The position numbers and the translations under genes were made by a program. Shown in pieces: positions 19,901 to 29,800 of a DNA stretch of 64,000 nucleotides. How positions within the stretch are numbered: position 1 is the stretch's first letter; every line of letters starts with the position of its first letter. The stretch is from an uncultured virus (IMG/VR IMGVR_UViG_3300033143_001932) (lineage: Duplodnaviria; Heunggongvirae; Uroviricota; Caudoviricetes; Crassvirales): IMG/VR virus record IMGVR_UViG_3300033143_001932. One strand, written 5' to 3'. The notes below the pieces were generated by a model, which had not been told where the DNA came from, made no database searches, and saw nothing but the letters and a program-made list of their open reading frames with translations.

Positions 19901-22834
19901 GATAATGTACCAGAAATTTACTTTGAAACCAATAAAACTTTTGCTATATCTAACGGTGTGCATGAGGGGAACCTCCAGAATCAAGTCTTAGGACAATCCC
20001 CAGCTAAAGTAAGCTTAAATCCAGGTGTACTTACAGGGGCGACCACAGAAGATAAAGAGAATAGCAACTTTAACGCATGGGTCTTTTCTAATGCCTTAGA
20101 AAGTTATCGAATTAAAGACGCTTGGAATGGCTATCAACTTAAATACAGCCCTAGAGCAAGTACCGTAATAGATGACTATGAAGAACAAAGGGCTGCTGAA
20201 GCTCTTACCTACAGTGGTATATATAGAGAAAACACAGGTGTTAATAATCTAAACGAGTTTAATCTTTCTATAGCTAACTTTCGATACTTAGATAAGTTCT
20301 TTGGGTCTATTCAAAAACTTCATGCTCGAGATACGGATGTAATTGTTTTTCAAGAGGATAAAATAACTAAAGTTTTATATGGTAAAAACTTATTAAATGA
20401 CGCTATAGGTGGTGGAGATATTGTTTCAATTCCCGAGGTTTTAGGTACGCAAATTCCTTTTGAAGGTGAATATGGGATAAGTAGTAATCCTGAAAGTTTT
20501 GATTATTGGGGGCCAGACATGTTTTGTACTGATGCAAAAAGAGGTAGTGTGTTGAGTATAAACTCACAAGGCATATACCCTATTTCATCTTCAGGAATGA
20601 TGGATTACTTTAAAGATGTTTTCATATCTTCTCCTAACACTCGAAAAATAGGAGGTGTTGATCCTTTTAAACAGTTTTATACTTTATTTGAAAGCGATAT
20701 AGAGTTTCCGTGTACTTTTAAATTATCGGTTGGTAAAGAGCGTCCTTGGGTTAATCCATTTGATTTATCTTGGAGATCTAGAAACGTATGTGTAACCATC
20801 AGTTCTAATGCGACTTGGGGTATTACTTTAGTGGATACAGGTGATGGTACCGCTTGGTGTCAAATAAATGGATTCCCGGGACCCACGTATTCCGGTCTAG
20901 GCAACGCACAAGTCTGTTTTAATTTTAATAACAATAACAGTGGAGCAACTAGGTCTCTCCAAATTATATTTCAAGGTTGTGATGAAAGTTATGTCTACAA
21001 CGTTAATCAATCAGCGTGGAGACCTATTGAGGTTGATAGTTGGGTGATTGGAAGTCCGATATTAAAACCTCTTAACCCTGTGTGTGTGGGAGATGACGGT
21101 GAGTATGTTTCAGATGTGGAATATGATTTTAGCTCTAACACTGGGGGTCCTATTGAATTCCCTTCCACTAGAATGAGAAATAAGCCTATTTCTTTTGTCA
21201 ATAGATATAAAGGTATCGCTGGTCAACAGTCTGTACCTACACCTGGTGACACTGTTACGTTAAAAGCTTATACAGCGCAAACCCTTAGTAAACAAGGGTT
21301 TAATATTGATTTTGGAAACACACTAAGATACTTGGTTTCAGATGTTCCATACACTGAAGAACAAGTAGAGGATTTATTAGCTCTTTCTACTGCCGCACCA
21401 TTAGTTCCAGGGGCTGGGTTTGTAGAAGGTAGTTTTACGTTTAATGTTCCCAATGATGAAGGGTTTTTATATTTAATTTGGGATTTTAGAAACATAAGAA
21501 ATCCAGGTGTAAGTATTGTGTCTCCTTCAGGTTCAGAAGGCACAACCTATCATAGTATAAACTACAATGACACGGTAGGTGTTTCTAGAATAAACTATAA
21601 TGCCAATGCTATAGCTAACAGGTTTAGGGTTAAATATGGAAACACAGAAGTATTTGATACTGGTTTTGTGGTAGGTGCTGGCTCTTTTAATATTCAGAAA
21701 AGTGTTAAAGAAATAGAGAGCGCTTGCTTGATTGTAGAAACTAGCGGTGTAGATGACGGATGGGACGTGGTTCCTGATCCAACCGCATTAACAAGTTTCT
21801 TAACCAATAACGCTGGCACTACTTTTCCACTTATATGTGCGGCTCCCGTCCCTGTGACTACTAGGTGGCACAACGGAATAAACCCTCTTCCTGTTTTAGG
21901 GGACACTATTTTTGAAAACCCTTTTGGTAGTTCAGTTTTACCTGGTGGTGACTTATATTGGAGAGTAGGGGTTGGTCCCGATGGAGATTATGTTTCATTT
22001 GGTGATGATGGAGTAGTGTTTATAGAAAATAATTGTGCTGCATGTACTGAGGTGGCGGTACCTGTTATAACGGTTCCTGATTTAAACCTCGAGTTAGGTC
22101 AAGAAATAAGTCTGCAACTTACAGCTACTAATAACCCTGAGTCATGGAATTTAGTTAGTTCTTGCGTTTCTTATTCCTTTTTAGGTGGAGAAACGGGTGG
22201 AATTTATGAATACACATCTTGTGAAGACGGTGTAATTAGAGAGGTTTCAGTTCCTCTTCAAGGAAGACAAGTTATATGCTCTTCGACTGTCCCTGTTTTA
22301 ATTGACGGTTCAGATTCTAGTTTTACTGTTGTAGATATTTGTGAGGCGGAGGTAATGCCTCCAACTTTACGATTAGATCAATTTAAAGGCGTGTTAAGCG
22401 GAACTATTACCGAAACAGGTGTTTATCCAATTGTTATAGAAGCTACTAATTGTTTTGGTACTAGTGCTCCTACTACGTTTGTTGTAGATGTGATTAATGC
22501 TAGCGCTTACCGTAGATTCAACATGAATACCAACAATCCTGAAACTAATGCCTTAGCCGCGTGTGGAGTTGCTGCAACTTACAGAATATACTACCATAGT
22601 GGATTAAGTCCTTATCCGGTAGTAAATGATTTTGTATACTTTAGATCGGACCGAACAGGTGAATATTTTCCATACAACGGTGGGTATTTATGGTATCTTA
22701 CAGATGGTGGTGAAGCTATAAGAATAGATAGCGTTGGACAAGTGGTAGATGTTAGCATTTGTGGCGTAACAAAAACCACAGAAGCTGGTGATGACAAAAC
22801 AACAGAAAATGATTTAGACAAAACAATAGAATAA
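16979..22834 (+). CDS. tail stabilisation/muzzle protein (N-terminal part) with Ig-like extensions
   Basis: MNKDLDERLLPPGQYRDALN start; LFWTDNLNPPRKLN, SRLVYGNY and YGISSNPESF motifs; C-terminal Ig-like module (GVLSGTITETGVYPIVIEATN). Confidence 0.75.
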   Translation: MKLTRGFIAGIMNKDLDERLLPPGQYRDALNVGVSTSAESDVGAIENQLGNTNMSNLTLDPSAVTIGAVSNDSDKNIYWLVSSDTFDYVFRYNEDLNLTTTLLQDTKGRLLNFDSAYLVTGINIINDLLFWTDNLNPPRKLNVTRNYLVDGFEEDDISVIVKPPLFAPIINMGSTLPVGGAGNITGQENNLEETFVEFSYRYKYLDNEYSAMAPFSSAAFNASVYQYDYANWYLKSMTNANNLVNITFRVGGPQVKEIQLLFRESQSTNVYVVESYDYSAPFNWDFGDNAQAGAYAAAVALTTSFPGNVAFTTQPGFGFGLSGEGIPDSYEVGDTVFIDQDPGFTHASYNGEHIIVEIIDRYTIVIDVLFAGATPVESGSVTLETKTIEFVNNKIYTVLPSDELGRLFDNVPLKALGQELIGSRLVYGNYVQFFDLVNQNNEAIALDFDLYLESRAVGGLPERTFRSDRDYEIGICYLDSYGRMTTVLTARENNLYISPDNSNSVNDIQVYINSPAPSFASHYRLYIKQAKGDYQNIIPSFFVQEGLKRWFQIGPGDINKVKKGEYLICKHTPEGPTFSNTQYKVLDIESKPKDFLNIPGTPQTAGVYFCINDPSGLFNTASLDIYATTNSSVGGPVGFANLGNIFYSQIDNPIFYGQSTTADRVKVVAVPGIAASTAHQSAQYKAFRIKLTVVNGATNEFKYEFMSQEGAYSNPLMVDTSLSSFTLTMSNNPAAPNIFYNITVNSVGAVIYGDPVAAVVWPDLPNSYLTNDYFIINVHSEEAKYTLDNNLNETQGSVPVPATTFSNVGYPKDKVIQAGAQITFKLTHHRSTGENYEDPAQVFISSKEYLNLEEWFWEDQIYSAFNNLTPEGTSGGFGGNQSNTGASLISFARAWATGVNSSGNTYDVWQSNTSGPFSGYANWNELLVSEGSICMRIGTPISALNAGTGVGWSLTVTFEVIQTPGLTVFETLPADNVPEIYFETNKTFAISNGVHEGNLQNQVLGQSPAKVSLNPGVLTGATTEDKENSNFNAWVFSNALESYRIKDAWNGYQLKYSPRASTVIDDYEEQRAAEALTYSGIYRENTGVNNLNEFNLSIANFRYLDKFFGSIQKLHARDTDVIVFQEDKITKVLYGKNLLNDAIGGGDIVSIPEVLGTQIPFEGEYGISSNPESFDYWGPDMFCTDAKRGSVLSINSQGIYPISSSGMMDYFKDVFISSPNTRKIGGVDPFKQFYTLFESDIEFPCTFKLSVGKERPWVNPFDLSWRSRNVCVTISSNATWGITLVDTGDGTAWCQINGFPGPTYSGLGNAQVCFNFNNNNSGATRSLQIIFQGCDESYVYNVNQSAWRPIEVDSWVIGSPILKPLNPVCVGDDGEYVSDVEYDFSSNTGGPIEFPSTRMRNKPISFVNRYKGIAGQQSVPTPGDTVTLKAYTAQTLSKQGFNIDFGNTLRYLVSDVPYTEEQVEDLLALSTAAPLVPGAGFVEGSFTFNVPNDEGFLYLIWDFRNIRNPGVSIVSPSGSEGTTYHSINYNDTVGVSRINYNANAIANRFRVKYGNTEVFDTGFVVGAGSFNIQKSVKEIESACLIVETSGVDDGWDVVPDPTALTSFLTNNAGTTFPLICAAPVPVTTRWHNGINPLPVLGDTIFENPFGSSVLPGGDLYWRVGVGPDGDYVSFGDDGVVFIENNCAACTEVAVPVITVPDLNLELGQEISLQLTATNNPESWNLVSSCVSYSFLGGETGGIYEYTSCEDGVIREVSVPLQGRQVICSSTVPVLIDGSDSSFTVVDICEAEVMPPTLRLDQFKGVLSGTITETGVYPIVIEATNCFGTSAPTTFVVDVINASAYRRFNMNTNNPETNALAACGVAATYRIYYHSGLSPYPVVNDFVYFRSDRTGEYFPYNGGYLWYLTDGGEAIRIDSVGQVVDVSICGVTKTTEAGDDKTTENDLDKTIE

Positions 22835-22852
22835 ATTTAATAACTTTACATT

Positions 22853-23278
22853 ATGGTTAAAATATCTCAATACACATCAATATCTACACTGGCTGATGAG
22901 GATTTATTTGACACTTCTCAATATGATCCCGTAGCCTTAGATTATAATACTAGGTCCATTTCTTATGAAGACATGATAGAGTCTATTAAAACGGATATAT
23001 ATACAAGTACGACCGTAGATGCGGCAGCGTCTCCAGGTGTAGGAAACAATAGAACTGTATTTTATTCAGCTACAGCTCCAGGGAGTATGAGTTTGCCTCT
23101 TCCTATTGCGGGTCGAATGATTACATTTGTAAGAATTGCTAATGGTGGTACAGCAGCCACTATCGCAACGACAGGTCCGGGAGTTTTAATTAATGGGGCT
23201 GCTCTTTTTGCGACTGATACTACATTGTATTCAATCCAAACCGCCCATTGTGACGGAACTAATTGGTTTATAGCATAA
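22853..23278 (+). CDS. short tail fibre-like protein
   Basis: MVKISQY N-terminal motif; C-terminal SLPLPIAGRMITF...CDGTNWFIA module. Confidence 0.55.
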   Translation: MVKISQYTSISTLADEDLFDTSQYDPVALDYNTRSISYEDMIESIKTDIYTSTTVDAAASPGVGNNRTVFYSATAPGSMSLPLPIAGRMITFVRIANGGTAATIATTGPGVLINGAALFATDTTLYSIQTAHCDGTNWFIA

Positions 23279-24036
23279 TGGGAGATACGATAACATATTC
23301 GTCAACTGCTAACGGCACCGGTGGATGGACATCCAGGTGGTCTTATGAGCCAGAGTGGATGATAGGAATGAATAGTATTTTTTATTCGTTTAAAAACGGA
23401 AACATATACAAGCATTGGAACAACCCAAGTAGAAATCAATTCTATGGTGTTAATTACCCATCTACTGTAACGCCCATCTTTAACGACAATCCTATAGAGT
23501 CTAAAATGTTTTTAACGTTAGACTTGGAAGGAACAGACGCTTGGGACGTGGCGGTTACAACAGATTTAAGTGAAGGTTTTATTGATAAAGATTATTTCGT
23601 TAAAAAAGAAGGTGTTTATTACTCTAACATTAGACGATATTTTAACGATGACGACCTAAGTCAAACTTCAGCTCAAGGGATTGGTCAAGCTTCTAATGTT
23701 ACAGGTGCGGCTCCAGTTGTTATTGAATTCACTCAACCCATTAGTGGTTTATTGAGTGTAGGCGATATGGCTTATATTGGAGCAGCTGGAGGAATTACTC
23801 AAATAGGAGAGGTGTCTAGTTATGTGAATGGCGTTTTTCCTTTACCCTCTTCAATTACTATTAACTTCCCTGTTAATTTACCTGTAATTGGTGATTTTAT
23901 TATGTTCTTAAAGAATAGCGAAGTAGAATCTTACGGATCTCGCGGTTATTATGCTTCTGTCACATTAACCAATAACTTAACAACAGAATCAGAATTATTT
24001 GCGGTCAGCGCTGAAGTATTTAAAAGTTTCCCTTAA
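23278..24036 (+). CDS. tail stabilisation protein C-terminal-like module (start probably 23278)
   Basis: GWTSRWSYEPEWMIGMNSIFYSFKNGNIYKH...RGYYASVTL..ELFAVSAEVFKS; TAATG coupling with the upstream stop. Confidence 0.6.
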   Translation: MGDTITYSSTANGTGGWTSRWSYEPEWMIGMNSIFYSFKNGNIYKHWNNPSRNQFYGVNYPSTVTPIFNDNPIESKMFLTLDLEGTDAWDVAVTTDLSEGFIDKDYFVKKEGVYYSNIRRYFNDDDLSQTSAQGIGQASNVTGAAPVVIEFTQPISGLLSVGDMAYIGAAGGITQIGEVSSYVNGVFPLPSSITINFPVNLPVIGDFIMFLKNSEVESYGSRGYYASVTLTNNLTTESELFAVSAEVFKSFP

Positions 24037-24041
24037 TTTAG

Positions 24042-24049
24042 TATCTTTG
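24042..24049 (+). promoter_or_regulatory. -7 promoter element TATCTTTG
   Basis: intergenic, upstream of the ejection-protein genes. Confidence 0.65.
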
Positions 24050-24074
24050 TAAAACACCATTTTAATTTACTATT

Positions 24075-24869
24075 ATGATAGGAACAGCTATGGCAATTGC
24101 TCAAGTGGGGATGTCAGCAGTAAAACTGATGAATGAAAAAAATGACCAAAGAGACTTGCGTATAAAATCCGCTAATTTAAAAAAAGAAGCTTACGCTTAT
24201 TTAGACTCATTAACTAATGAGTTTGCAGCTTTTCAAGCTAGCGATACTAAAGAGCGATTAGCTATGGACCAACAGGCTCAAAATGTAGCTAATGCTATGG
24301 AGGTGGCGTCTTCTACAGCTGAAGGAGCGGCACAACTTAGTAACTTGGTAAGAGCTCAAGATAGAACCAATCTAGAATTAATGGCTGGATTAGATGAAAA
24401 AGAAATGAATGCTCAACAAGTGAGAATGCAAGGGGCGGAAAATCTGCGAGACACTCAAGCTAAATATAGAATGGACTTCAACAAGCAAGAGCTTATAGGA
24501 ACTAATGAAGCGTTAGCTGCAAGTAAAGCGAATCAAGGTCAGTTAGAAGCTCAACTAATAGGTGGTATAGGTGATTTAGGGGGAGCAATAGTAGATGATT
24601 TTGTTGACCCCTTTGCTGGAACAGCTGGAGCTAAGTTAGGAGATGCAAAAGCTAAAGAAGCTAAAATCACCGATAAGATGGATAAGACCAATGAAAGGTA
24701 TAACAAAAAGGGGGCAGATTGGTCTGATAAGAAGGTTAAGCGAGTGGGCAATAGACAAGCTAGGAGAAATACACGTCTTTCACAAAACGCAAGAAACATT
24801 GAAACTCTACAAGATATAATTAAAAATCATGGTCTTGGTTATATGGTAGGTAAGGACGAGTTGGAATAA
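24075..24869 (+). CDS. putative internal virion/ejection protein 1
   Basis: A/Q/M-rich helical protein with Gly-rich hydrophobic segments; first of three genes of increasing size. Confidence 0.6.
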   Translation: MIGTAMAIAQVGMSAVKLMNEKNDQRDLRIKSANLKKEAYAYLDSLTNEFAAFQASDTKERLAMDQQAQNVANAMEVASSTAEGAAQLSNLVRAQDRTNLELMAGLDEKEMNAQQVRMQGAENLRDTQAKYRMDFNKQELIGTNEALAASKANQGQLEAQLIGGIGDLGGAIVDDFVDPFAGTAGAKLGDAKAKEAKITDKMDKTNERYNKKGADWSDKKVKRVGNRQARRNTRLSQNARNIETLQDIIKNHGLGYMVGKDELE

Positions 24870-24879
24870 ATTAATTATT

Positions 24880-26880
24880 ATGGCAAACGGAAGAACAAGC
24901 GGAAGTTATTATGGTTACAAAGCTCCACAGGGAAATGTTCCTGACTATGCAGGGGCTTTTAGGTCTGCGCGTAAAAGTGTAACAGACGCATTAGATAGAA
25001 AGAGAGCTGTAAGAGAAAAAGCAGATAAAGAATATCAAGACTCCAAAAACGCCTTAAGTGAAGTTCAAAACGGAAAAGACAAAGAATTTAACGACCTTAT
25101 TGGTGAGGGGTTAAACAACACCAGGGACGCTCTTTTTGAAAAACAAAAGCTTTTATATGCAGGGAAAATAAAACCATACGATTGGACCGCTTATAATAAT
25201 AATTTAAAAAATAGTATGACCGCACTTAGTGAGGTATCTACTAATTACAATGAAGTATTTGCTAGTTTCTTAGAAAGGCAACAAATAGATCCTGAAACAG
25301 GTAGAGCCCCTGCGGGGATTCAAGAGGATTTCGCAGCTACTGAATTGGGTGAGTTTGCTGATTTTTCTCATAGAAAACTAATGGCAGACCCTAGTGGTAA
25401 CTTCTTTTTTGCTTATGAGAATGATGACGGTAGTATAGATCCAGATAAGTCGGTTAATGTAAATTATGTTAATAGATTACAAAACCACCAAACTAACGCA
25501 GTCGATTTACCTAGCGCAGTTGCTTCTTATACGGAGCAATTTGGAGACTTTAAAAAAGTTATAGATGATGAAAACATTCAAACAACTGAAGGGTTAAATG
25601 CTTTAGAAGGTGCTGGTTTCTTAAATGAAGCTTTAGAAAATTTATATGGCATGTACATAAATAGCCCAAGTAAATTGATGAGTGTGTTGGGAGATAATAG
25701 CGTGTATAGTGTAAGTGGCACAGCTGGAGATCAAGCTTATTTCACATATAAAACTACAGATTTAGTAGACCCTAAAGACCCTAGTAAGGGGTTTAAGGAC
25801 GATTCTAAACATAAAGGCAAGCCTTTAAATCAAGGTATTTTAATGGAGTTAAATCCCGCTGGAGATTGGGAACCTAAATTAAATGAAGATCAAGTCACAC
25901 AAGCTAAAAAGGTAATAAGGCAACAATTTTATTTATCTATGGGGATTAAAGAAACAGCCAAGCCTCAATATAGCAACGACAGTAACAACTTAAGCGTAAG
26001 TCAACAAACCGAATTAAAAAAAGCAAAAAACCTCTACAACAACGCTATGAGTATTGCGACAGGTGAGGTTGCTCAGTTAAACGGTGTTGAGTACAACAAT
26101 GGACGAATAGAAGGGGCGAGACCGCATAAAGGTGGTATTCAGTTTTATGTAGTTCAAAAAGATGGAAGTAAACAGCCTGTGGTAATAAAAAGACCACGTA
26201 ACGCAAAAGGTGAAAATTTAACCGAAAATGAATTAGCTACTAAATTTGCTAGAAAAGTAATAGCTCCTATTTTACAAAACACTGACCCAACAACAGTAGA
26301 TACAAGGTTTATGACTGGCTCTAAAAACTATAGCCAAAAATATAAAACAGATAACTATCTTAGGTATGATACGGACCCATGGGATTTAGAGTCTTATGGT
26401 CCATACATTGACTTAGATACAAGGGTAGGGAAAATTACTCCTCAAGCACCGGGAACTAAAGATAAGCAATCAGCTGGAACTACGATATATAGGATAATCC
26501 CTCAAACATCCTGGAAAGGAGCTGTTAAAACCTTATCTCAAGGTAATCCTAAAAATAAAGACGATCAATCTGGATATGCTTGGAATGACACCAATAAAAC
26601 TAAAGCGTTTTTAATGGAAGACATACAATCGTTAACCGAAAAAGCTATGGGAGATTTTATGGGTCAAAAACTCGCTAAGTCAGATGTGGTAGTGACTCCA
26701 CAAGGTAAAGATTCCGCGGTAGTAAGTATTACAGTTTTCAATGAATCTAATCCACTTCTCCCCCCTAAGAAAGTGCAGTATGTGTTTAAAAAAGGAAATG
26801 ACGAAACTATTTATAATGAAAACTTACAAGCTCTTAATAAAGCGGGGAGAGAGGTTTACAGATTACATTACGGAAAATAA
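24880..26880 (+). CDS. putative internal virion/ejection protein 2
   Basis: 666 aa; position. Confidence 0.55.
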   Translation: MANGRTSGSYYGYKAPQGNVPDYAGAFRSARKSVTDALDRKRAVREKADKEYQDSKNALSEVQNGKDKEFNDLIGEGLNNTRDALFEKQKLLYAGKIKPYDWTAYNNNLKNSMTALSEVSTNYNEVFASFLERQQIDPETGRAPAGIQEDFAATELGEFADFSHRKLMADPSGNFFFAYENDDGSIDPDKSVNVNYVNRLQNHQTNAVDLPSAVASYTEQFGDFKKVIDDENIQTTEGLNALEGAGFLNEALENLYGMYINSPSKLMSVLGDNSVYSVSGTAGDQAYFTYKTTDLVDPKDPSKGFKDDSKHKGKPLNQGILMELNPAGDWEPKLNEDQVTQAKKVIRQQFYLSMGIKETAKPQYSNDSNNLSVSQQTELKKAKNLYNNAMSIATGEVAQLNGVEYNNGRIEGARPHKGGIQFYVVQKDGSKQPVVIKRPRNAKGENLTENELATKFARKVIAPILQNTDPTTVDTRFMTGSKNYSQKYKTDNYLRYDTDPWDLESYGPYIDLDTRVGKITPQAPGTKDKQSAGTTIYRIIPQTSWKGAVKTLSQGNPKNKDDQSGYAWNDTNKTKAFLMEDIQSLTEKAMGDFMGQKLAKSDVVVTPQGKDSAVVSITVFNESNPLLPPKKVQYVFKKGNDETIYNENLQALNKAGREVYRLHYGK

Positions 26881-26891
26881 CAAGAAATACA

Positions 26892-29800
26892 ATGAACGAT
26901 AAGACATTAGAATCATTATATAAAAAATTAGGCTTAGAAGCTAATAATGTAAGTTTTGAAGATTTTAAAGGAGCTTTAGAGGAGTACCCAGAATACAGGG
27001 ATAATATATTTACAGCGCTTGTAGACGCAAAAGAATATACTCAAGAAGAAAGGGGCGCATTTGATGACTTGTTAAAAAAAAAAGAAGAAACTTCGGAGTT
27101 GGTTGGAAATCAAGCTCCTACCACTACTACATTGGCTACCGATCAGTCGGCTCAGGAAGCTGTTTCGGCTTCTTCCGATTTAGAAAGTAGTCAAGAACCT
27201 CAAAACCCTCAAGATGTAATTCAAGATGAGCAAGAGGTAGTTCAAGCTCAAGACGATACGGAATTACAAATTCAACAAGAGAACACTCAAGAAAATACAC
27301 CTCCACCTGTTATGGCTAACGCTACGGTAGACCAGCCTGAGATTACTAGCGCCACACCTATAATAGAAAACCAAACAGACATGACTCCTCCGGCAGAAAT
27401 GCCAGATGAATTTGCGCCAATTAATGCAGATGATTTAATGACTAGTAAAAGCGAAACTGGTCTGTATCCACAAACGCAAGTAGGCTTTGAAGCGGGTAAT
27501 GAAGAAGATGGAAATTTAGCCAACAAAAAAATGGATTATACTTTTTATCAGATTCCTGTTTCTGAAATGGAGCCCGACCAGGCTTCAAGAGTGGTTAATT
27601 ATATGCAAGAAAATGGGCTAACTGAATTAGAGGCTAGAATAAAAAATCCTGACATCTTTATAAACCAAAAGCAATTAGACGCTTTAGAACAAGAGAGAGA
27701 AGAAACAAATGAATTTTTAGAAGAAGGGGTTGGGAATATAATAAACACTATAGGTGATGACATATACAACGATGGATTAGAAGTAACAGAAGGAGAAAAT
27801 ATACCATCGGATTGGAGTACAGAATTATATACTGCACCTAATGGATCTACCTATGACAATAAATTAGAATTTATTAACTCCCCAGAGGGTAGGCAATTGA
27901 TTATGGAAGAAAAAACTTCTATAGCTGGAGGTGATATAATGAATTTTGACATTAATCGTCACATTTTAGAAGATGCTTTTGTTTTCTCAGGAGCCGACCC
28001 AGAACAGTTCGGTTATTATAAAAACGAAGACGGTGAATGGGGTGGACCCAGAAGGATGTTTGACTATAGAGGTCTTACTCAAGAATCCTCTGGTCCTGGA
28101 TTACAGAATGTATTTGATTGGGGAAGTTTTATTAACCCCGAAACCAATAAACCTTACGACTTAACCAAGGTAAAAAGCTATGATGATTTATCCGTCTTGT
28201 GGGATAAGATGTCTCTACACATGAACGATGATCAAGCTCAACGCATAATGCAAGAGGCTTATAATCAAAGTATAAATAGTGTTAATAATAAAATTTATGA
28301 CTACGGTCAAAATTATTTAGATAGAGCCGACCAAGGGGTTTCTAGGTCTTATAAGCAATTAAGAAACGCTCAATACGACTTAAACTTAATAGTAAATAAT
28401 CTTGCATACTATGAAGGTTTAGATGATAAAATGAAATTTGCTTATGACTCTAAATACACAGAAGCAACAGGATTATCGTATGGCGCCTATTTAGCACAAC
28501 AATGGGATTTCCAGCAGGCTAATGTAGAAACAGCTTTATTAGAATATGAACAACAACGTTCCTCTTGGTATAGTGATGAAACTGAACTGATAGATTTAAA
28601 AACAGGTAAGTTAATCAACTACGCAGACGCGGATCAAGAAACTTTAGACTATCATCAAAACATAGATGAAAGTGCGTTAAAATTAGTTAGAAGAAAAGGA
28701 AATAACCAAGGGTTTTTAGACGAACACTTAAGACGTTCATATTATAATCTAATGGCAATTTCATCTACAATGCCTGATAATTTTGCCGAAGCTTGGTGGG
28801 AAGGAAATTCTTACTTTGATGTAGCTCAAGGAGCTTTATTAGAAGGAATGGTAGGGTTATCAGCAGAAGCTAATAAACTGTTTTTTGATGATGAAGAAAT
28901 GTATAACAACATTAAAGAGATAGGAAATAGCTTTTCTAAATGGGGAGGGACTGACAAGCAGACCCTTATCAATTCATCTATGTATGATAAAAACGAAGCC
29001 CCTGAATTAAGAGATATGAGGATGAAAAAGCTTTGGTATTTAGATGGTAACTCACCTTGGATAAATACCTTTAATGAGGCTTTATATGATTTTCAATCAG
29101 CTAATAGAGCTGTAGTGTTAAATGAAGATTACATTCAAAAGGCTAAATTAAACCCTGAGAATAAATTTAATATGTACACCAGGGACTTGTTTATGTCCTT
29201 TGATTATCCTGACACACCAGGGACTCCTGACGATCCAATGAGTTTTGGTAAATACGGACCAAAAGAGGCTGCCAATCATTGGTCTCAAGTTTTACAACAA
29301 AATGGAGTGCAAATATCAGATGAAGACATGGCTTTTATGGAACAAACTTTTGCAGAAAAGGGAATTCATATGAGTGCTCAAATGACTAATTTCCTATATA
29401 AATTTGCTTTAACTAGAGGTATGTTTAAAGGAGTAGTGGGAACCACGGGCGCTACAGCAGCAGCTCCTCAAGGAGTATATAGATGGGACGCTGTTACGGC
29501 AGGGTTGGCGGGCTTAGGTCAAAGTAAAGCGTATCAACAATCAGTGTTTCTTCTTTCATCTATGTTGCAAGAAGGGTTAATAATGGAGGCTTATCAAGAA
29601 GGTTTTGAAGGTGGAGAAGGAATGGGTTTTTTAGAGGGTGCCGCTCTCGCTGGAGGCTCTGGCGCAATGAATATGGCGTGGAAGGCTATTAATAAAATTC
29701 CATTTATGGCTAAAATGCCAGCTACCATGGAGAAATTTCTCAATAGTCAATCTCAAGTCGTAGGGGGTATGGGAGGTATGTACACTTCTGAACTAGTTCA

